Of a stretch of 64,000 bases of DNA, positions 59,573 through 64,000 are shown one piece after another. Under the pieces are notes generated by a model. The model ran no database searches and was not told the DNA's origin. It saw only the letters and a program-made list of their open reading frames with translations. The position numbers were made by a program, and so were the translations under genes. This DNA is from Mesorhizobium sp. SCN 65-20. Lineage in GTDB: Bacteria; Pseudomonadota; Alphaproteobacteria; Rhizobiales; Rhizobiaceae. The DNA lies in contig MEEF01000004.1 of the NCBI GenBank assembly GCA_001724355.1, forward strand, positions 6,121-70,120, written 5' to 3'. The number at the start of each line of letters is the position of its first letter. The stretch's first letter is position 1.

Positions 59573-61396
59573 ATGGACAATCGCTTGCGCCTGGCGCCCG
59601 CGTGGCAGTCAGTTTCCGATCAGCATGAGGCCGCCGAACGGGAATTCATCAGCATTGCCGACATATGGGCCTTCCTGAAGCAGCACTATCGGCTGATCCT
59701 CGGCACGCTTGCCGCTGCGGTTTTTTTCGCATGGTTCTACGTCGTCACCACAGAGCCTGTGTACACAGCCCAGACACAGATTCTCATCGAGCCTAAGTTC
59801 CCCCAGGTCTTGCAGCAGCCGCAGGCAGAGGTGAACTTGACGCTGGATACGGCACAGGTGGAGAGCCAGATCGCCGTGATGCGATCGGAAAAGATCGCAA
59901 TGATCGTGATCGATCAGCTGGGCCTGAAGGACGACCCTGCATTCCTGCCCAAGGCTTCGACGTTCTCCGACCGCCTGGCAAAATTCGGTAGGGTGCTGGC
60001 CCGTATGGCAGGCCTGGATGACCAGTGGCTGTTTGGGGACGGCAAGGACACGGCTAAGCCGTCGAGCCCACTGAGCGAGTTCGAGCGCGACCGGCAGATC
60101 ATCCGGACGTTCACAGGCGGATTGGACGTTCGCCGAGTGGGGGTTTCGTATGCGATCGACATCAGCTTCAAATCGCCGGATCCGGAAATCGCGGCCAAGA
60201 TCGCGAACACCACGGCCGAGGCCTTCGTCCGCGAACAACTCGACACCAAGGCCTCTGCTGCGCGCGAAGGCGGTCAATGGCTGGAGCAGCGCCTGAACGA
60301 ACTCAGGGTGCAGATGAACGAGGCCACGCAGATCGCCCAGGAGTTCCGCGCCCGGCACGACTACGAAGTTGCCAGGCCAGAGGGCGGCGACGTGGCCGCC
60401 GGTGGGGGGACGCCCACCCTTGAAGAACTGGAGGTCACGGCCGACACCTATCGCAAGATGTATGAGAGCTTCCTGCAGGCCTATACCAACTCCGTCAGCC
60501 AGCAATCCTACTCGGTCGCGGATGCGCGGGTGATAACCCCGGCGACGCCACCTCTGGGACCTAGCGAGCCGAGGAGAAAGCTTGCGCTGGCTTTCGGGGG
60601 GCTCTTCGGCCTCATTCTCGGCGTCGCCCTGGCATTCCTCCGGCACATGCTCGACCGCAGCATTCGGACGCCGAGGCAGTTGCGCGAGGAATTCGGGCTC
60701 GAATGCATCGGAGAACTGCCGGCGCTGCCACGGAAGGGTGCGCTCGACGCCATCGCACTGGCACCATCCTCGACATACGCCAATGGCTTGCGGGCGATCA
60801 AGACCGCGATCGGTCTCGCCGACTCCGCGAGGTCGCTGCATTGCATCGGCATCGCGTCGGCGCTGCGCTCCGACGGGAAGAGCACCTTCGCCAGCAACCT
60901 CGCCATGCTCTATTCGATGTTCGGCCTTCGCACGCTGGTGATCGATGCGGACATCTTCCATTCCGTCCTGAGCCGCAGCCTGCTACCCGCCCCGGAAGCG
61001 GGATCTAATCTGGCACCGGCAGCCGGGACGATCGAGCAGCACATCAGGCTGACTAGCAATGCGACGTTCGACATGGTGCCGAGCTATGTGGCCGACGTCA
61101 GGAACCTCCTGGTCCCGAAGAACATGCGAGACCTGCTGCCGGAGTTGCAATCCTACGATTTCGTCATCGTGGACCTGCCGCCGCTTACCAGCGGCGCCGA
61201 CAGGCTCTCCGTAGCCTCGTTGTTCGACGGCGTGGTCGTAGTGGCGGAGTGGGGCGGGACTCCGGTCGACATGTTCAGTGAACTGGTCAGGTCGCTGCAC
61301 GCCAGCAAGGCCTCAATCATCGGTGCCGTACTGACCAATGTCCGCACCGCTACGACGATCCGCTACGGCGGGCGCGGCACCAAGCAGGCCAACTGA
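59573..61396 (+). CDS. Polysaccharide co-polymerase / BY-kinase (Wzc/ExoP/GumC-like)
   Basis: P.YTA...ILI, ITPATPP..PS.P, Walker A ALRSDGKS, VIDAD, IVDLPP. Confidence 0.88.
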   Translation: MDNRLRLAPAWQSVSDQHEAAEREFISIADIWAFLKQHYRLILGTLAAAVFFAWFYVVTTEPVYTAQTQILIEPKFPQVLQQPQAEVNLTLDTAQVESQIAVMRSEKIAMIVIDQLGLKDDPAFLPKASTFSDRLAKFGRVLARMAGLDDQWLFGDGKDTAKPSSPLSEFERDRQIIRTFTGGLDVRRVGVSYAIDISFKSPDPEIAAKIANTTAEAFVREQLDTKASAAREGGQWLEQRLNELRVQMNEATQIAQEFRARHDYEVARPEGGDVAAGGGTPTLEELEVTADTYRKMYESFLQAYTNSVSQQSYSVADARVITPATPPLGPSEPRRKLALAFGGLFGLILGVALAFLRHMLDRSIRTPRQLREEFGLECIGELPALPRKGALDAIALAPSSTYANGLRAIKTAIGLADSARSLHCIGIASALRSDGKSTFASNLAMLYSMFGLRTLVIDADIFHSVLSRSLLPAPEAGSNLAPAAGTIEQHIRLTSNATFDMVPSYVADVRNLLVPKNMRDLLPELQSYDFVIVDLPPLTSGADRLSVASLFDGVVVVAEWGGTPVDMFSELVRSLHASKASIIGAVLTNVRTATTIRYGGRGTKQAN

Positions 61397-61430
61397 TCTG
61401 CGCCACGATCTGTAGCCTCAACCGTGTTCC

Positions 61431-61537
61431 CTAGAGCGGGTGCCGCTTTTTCTTCGAATCGCGGAAGCGCTCTGGCTCTTTGTTTTGCGCAATTCCGGCC
61501 GGAAAATCACAACGCACTTTTCCTGGAATTGCCCTGA
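61431..61537. repeat. RIME1/BRU-RS-type palindromic intergenic element
   Basis: TAGAGCG...CGCTCT arm, CTCTTTGTTTT linker, GCAATTCC...GGAATTGC arm. Confidence 0.8.
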
Positions 61538-61719
61538 CGCGTAGCGGCGAGGAGCGAGTCGCTTCTCTCCCGTCGAGCCCATATGAGACAAGGTTGCCTA
61601 ATGCCTTAGGCTTAGGGAGTAGCCGGCCTTCATTGGCGATACGACCTTTGCCTTTCTTGCTAGCCTATGCCCGGTGCTGGGAAGCTAGGAGCCTGAAAAA
61701 GCCACGGATCGGCACATCC

Positions 61720-62526
61720 ATGACTGTCAACGCAATAGACAAACCTACCCCACGCCGCTACTTCCGGCGCACCCGGAAGGCTTGGCTGCGCGCGACCGAT
61801 CCGGGCTGGGTTTCGTCCGCGACATCGCCATCCTTCGATCCGTCATCAGGTATAGGCAAGGGATCTGGCGACCGGGGCGCCGCGGTGGAGGTGAGTGGTC
61901 AGCCGCCAGCGCCTCTCGGCGGACGCCCCAAGCGGCTGGCCGATGTGGTGATCGCCGCCTCCGCGCTGATCCTGGCGGCGCCCATCATGCTGATAGTGGC
62001 GCTGTTGATACGTCTGACCACGGGGGGACCCGCACTCTTCTCACATTCGCGTGTAGGTTTTCGCGGCAAGCCCTTCGACTGCTACAAGTTCCGGACGATG
62101 GTCCGCAACTCCGACGAGGTGCTGCGGGCTCACCTTGCAAGTGATCCCGAAGCGGCGCGCCAGTGGGCGGAAAAACGCAAGCTGCGGAACGACCCGCGCA
62201 TCACCTTCTTCGGTATGCTGCTCAGGAAGTCCAGCATCGATGAACTGCCGCAACTGTTCAACATCCTGAAGGGCGAGATGAGCTGCGTGGGGCCCCGCCC
62301 GGTGGTTTCGGACGAGTTGACCCGCTATGGGGATCAGGTGGACAACTACCTGGCGGCAAGACCGGGCCTCACCGGACTGTGGCAGGTCACGGGGCGCAGC
62401 AGCACCGACTACGCCAACCGCGTCGCGCTCGACAGCCAATACGTGCGTGACTGGTCATTGCGGAGTGATGCGATCATCCTCGCGCGGACGGTTTTCGCGG
62501 TACTGAGGTTCAACGAAGTCTCGTAG
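61720..62526 (+). CDS. Priming sugar transferase (ExoY/WcaJ-type phosphoglycosyltransferase)
   Basis: KRLAD, KFRTM, DPRIT, SIDELPQL.N.L.GEMS.VGPRP, RPGLTGLWQV; start uncertain. Confidence 0.92.
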   Translation: MTVNAIDKPTPRRYFRRTRKAWLRATDPGWVSSATSPSFDPSSGIGKGSGDRGAAVEVSGQPPAPLGGRPKRLADVVIAASALILAAPIMLIVALLIRLTTGGPALFSHSRVGFRGKPFDCYKFRTMVRNSDEVLRAHLASDPEAARQWAEKRKLRNDPRITFFGMLLRKSSIDELPQLFNILKGEMSCVGPRPVVSDELTRYGDQVDNYLAARPGLTGLWQVTGRSSTDYANRVALDSQYVRDWSLRSDAIILARTVFAVLRFNEVS

Positions 62527-62531
62527 CCGGA

Positions 62532-62756
62532 TCAGCGATCGCTAGCCCGCCGCCAGAGCGTCGCCAGCGCGAGACCGACAAGATAGGCGCACTGCAGCGC
62601 GATCACCGGCAGCAGTATCCTCAAGACCAGCGGCGCGTCGAGCAGAAGCCCGGTCGTCAGGGCGGTCAGGGCCGTTGCGACAAGCAACGCGGGCGCGCGA
62701 AAGCTGGTTCCCAGCAATACGCCCAAAACGCTGACCGAGACGATGCTCCAGAGCAC
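62532..62756 (-). CDS. Small membrane protein, possibly ExoX/SyrA-like
   Basis: GGGAG RBS before GTG; hydrophobic, LQCAYLVG, basic tail. Confidence 0.6.
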   Translation of the reverse strand: MLWSIVSVSVLGVLLGTSFRAPALLVATALTALTTGLLLDAPLVLRILLPVIALQCAYLVGLALATLWRRASDR

Positions 62757-62961
62757 GTTCGCTTGCTCCCTGGCGAATCATTGCGTGGTGCCCGCCTCGC
62801 ACTTCACATCCTGCAGCCCAAGCTGAACAGAGTTTTCTCCCTTTTTCCAGATGTTATCGACCCGGCAAGGGAGATAGCCGGCCGACGGGTTGGAGCGCCG
62901 GCAGGAGCAAGGGTACCCAGCATTGCGTGATCAAGATGACAGGCAGGCGGCTGGAGCGGGC

Positions 62962-64000
62962 CTATTGGGTGCCGGACAGCGTCGCTGCCCGAGCCGAGCC
63001 GATAGCGGCGCTATCATCCTCGGCCATGCCCAGCACAGACGAGGTCGAGCTGTCGCCCGCGGCGCCCGGGAGCGGTAGCCCGCTTGCATCGAGCGAGGGC
63101 AGGGGAATCTTCACTTTGACGGTATCGCCGGGTTCGATGAGTGTCGCCTCTGTCGCAGGGATCTCGACCGACTTGCCGTCGGATCCCGGCCGCACGATCG
63201 AATAGATGGGCTCCGCCTCTTCCGCGCGCGTGCGCAGGGCCAGAAGGCGTGGCGCAGTCACCTCAGAGTCGCGAAGCATCTGAACCGCTGTGTCCGCCTT
63301 GCGGGCTACCTCGTTGATCTGGGCCTGGGTTTCCCGCAGGGATTGCGACACTTCCGTGGCGTGCTGATTGTTCAGGGCGTTGATGGAGATATCGGCTCGG
63401 CTGATTTCCTGGCGCGCACGAAAGACGGCGGTCTCCGCCGAAAGCCGGTCGCCCCTGACCTGGGCGAGGCTTCTTTCCAGTGCTATCTCGCGTGGAGCTG
63501 CGGTGAGGCCCTTGTCGACCAGCGTCGACACGCCTGTAAGCTCCTTCTGGACCAGGGCGATCTGTTCGTCAAAGAGGGTAAGCTGGCCTTCCAAGGACGA
63601 AAGCTCCTTCGCCAAGAAGTCCTTCAGGCTATTGAGGGCCTGTATCTGCGTCGTCAGTCCATCCTTGCGGGCGCGGAAGACGAGCCGTTCCTGCTCGATG
63701 GCCAGCGCAACCGAGCTGTCGTCCTGACGTTTCGTCAGCGCCTCAGGAAACGAGATGTCGTCGGTACCCTTCAACTCCGCCTCCAGGCGGGCTTTCCGGG
63801 CCAGGAGGTTGACGTTGGTCAGCGCCAGCAGGCTGATGTCGCCCCTACCGGATATGACCTCGCGCTCCAGCCGTGTGCTGGTGTCCTCGCGCGTGCGCAG
63901 ACCACCGGCGATGCTGAGAGCCTGAAGCACGGTCAGTCCGGGCCGGTATGGAAACTCGCCGGGGGTCGTCACCTGACCGACGATGTAGAACGGTCGGAAC
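62962..64000 (-). CDS. Polysaccharide biosynthesis/export protein (ExoF/Wza-like), 5' end outside window
   Basis: RPFYIVGQV..PGEFPYRPGLTVLQALSIAGG, coiled coil, IEPGDTVKV. Confidence 0.88.
   Translation of the reverse strand, partial: FRPFYIVGQVTTPGEFPYRPGLTVLQALSIAGGLRTREDTSTRLEREVISGRGDISLLALTNVNLLARKARLEAELKGTDDISFPEALTKRQDDSSVALAIEQERLVFRARKDGLTTQIQALNSLKDFLAKELSSLEGQLTLFDEQIALVQKELTGVSTLVDKGLTAAPREIALERSLAQVRGDRLSAETAVFRARQEISRADISINALNNQHATEVSQSLRETQAQINEVARKADTAVQMLRDSEVTAPRLLALRTRAEEAEPIYSIVRPGSDGKSVEIPATEATLIEPGDTVKVKIPLPSLDASGLPLPGAAGDSSTSSVLGMAEDDSAAIGSARAATLSGTQ

Noticed and set aside
1-64000. Integrase, transposase, prophage, cas or defence genes
   Set aside because: No ORF in the track shows the relevant motifs

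Overview
This is a GC-rich alphaproteobacterial chromosome segment. Gene content and a RIME/BRU-RS repeat suggest Rhizobiales, probably Phyllobacteriaceae. 1-8.4 kb holds core-like genes (LysE, GYD, HlyU, TetR/VOC, YqhA, a repeat-rich OmpA protein, YcgN, SIMPL) and ends at tRNA-Ile2(CAT). An AT-richer accessory tract with no integrase follows. About 14.3-41.8 kb is a sugar-acid catabolic block with three parts: (i) a LacI-linked GH105-KduI-839-aa unknown protein-ABC operon; (ii) a compact sulfoquinovose monooxygenase module (smoC/smoA/smoD plus a GH188-type NAD+-dependent sulfoquinovosidase) that has no smoB and no dedicated transporter in this window; (iii) a hexuronate cluster (uxuAB, uxaC, TRAP, kduID, kdgF, uxaA). 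Downstream are a probable metal-sensing CxxC/RPP leader ORF ahead of His- and Met-rich periplasmic proteins, a candidate sRNA, a Tlde1/DUF2778 protein, a BTRD1-repeat serine hydrolase, an RND pump, ChaA and part of an exopolysaccharide cluster. All family calls rest on motifs and remembered sequences; no database searches were run.
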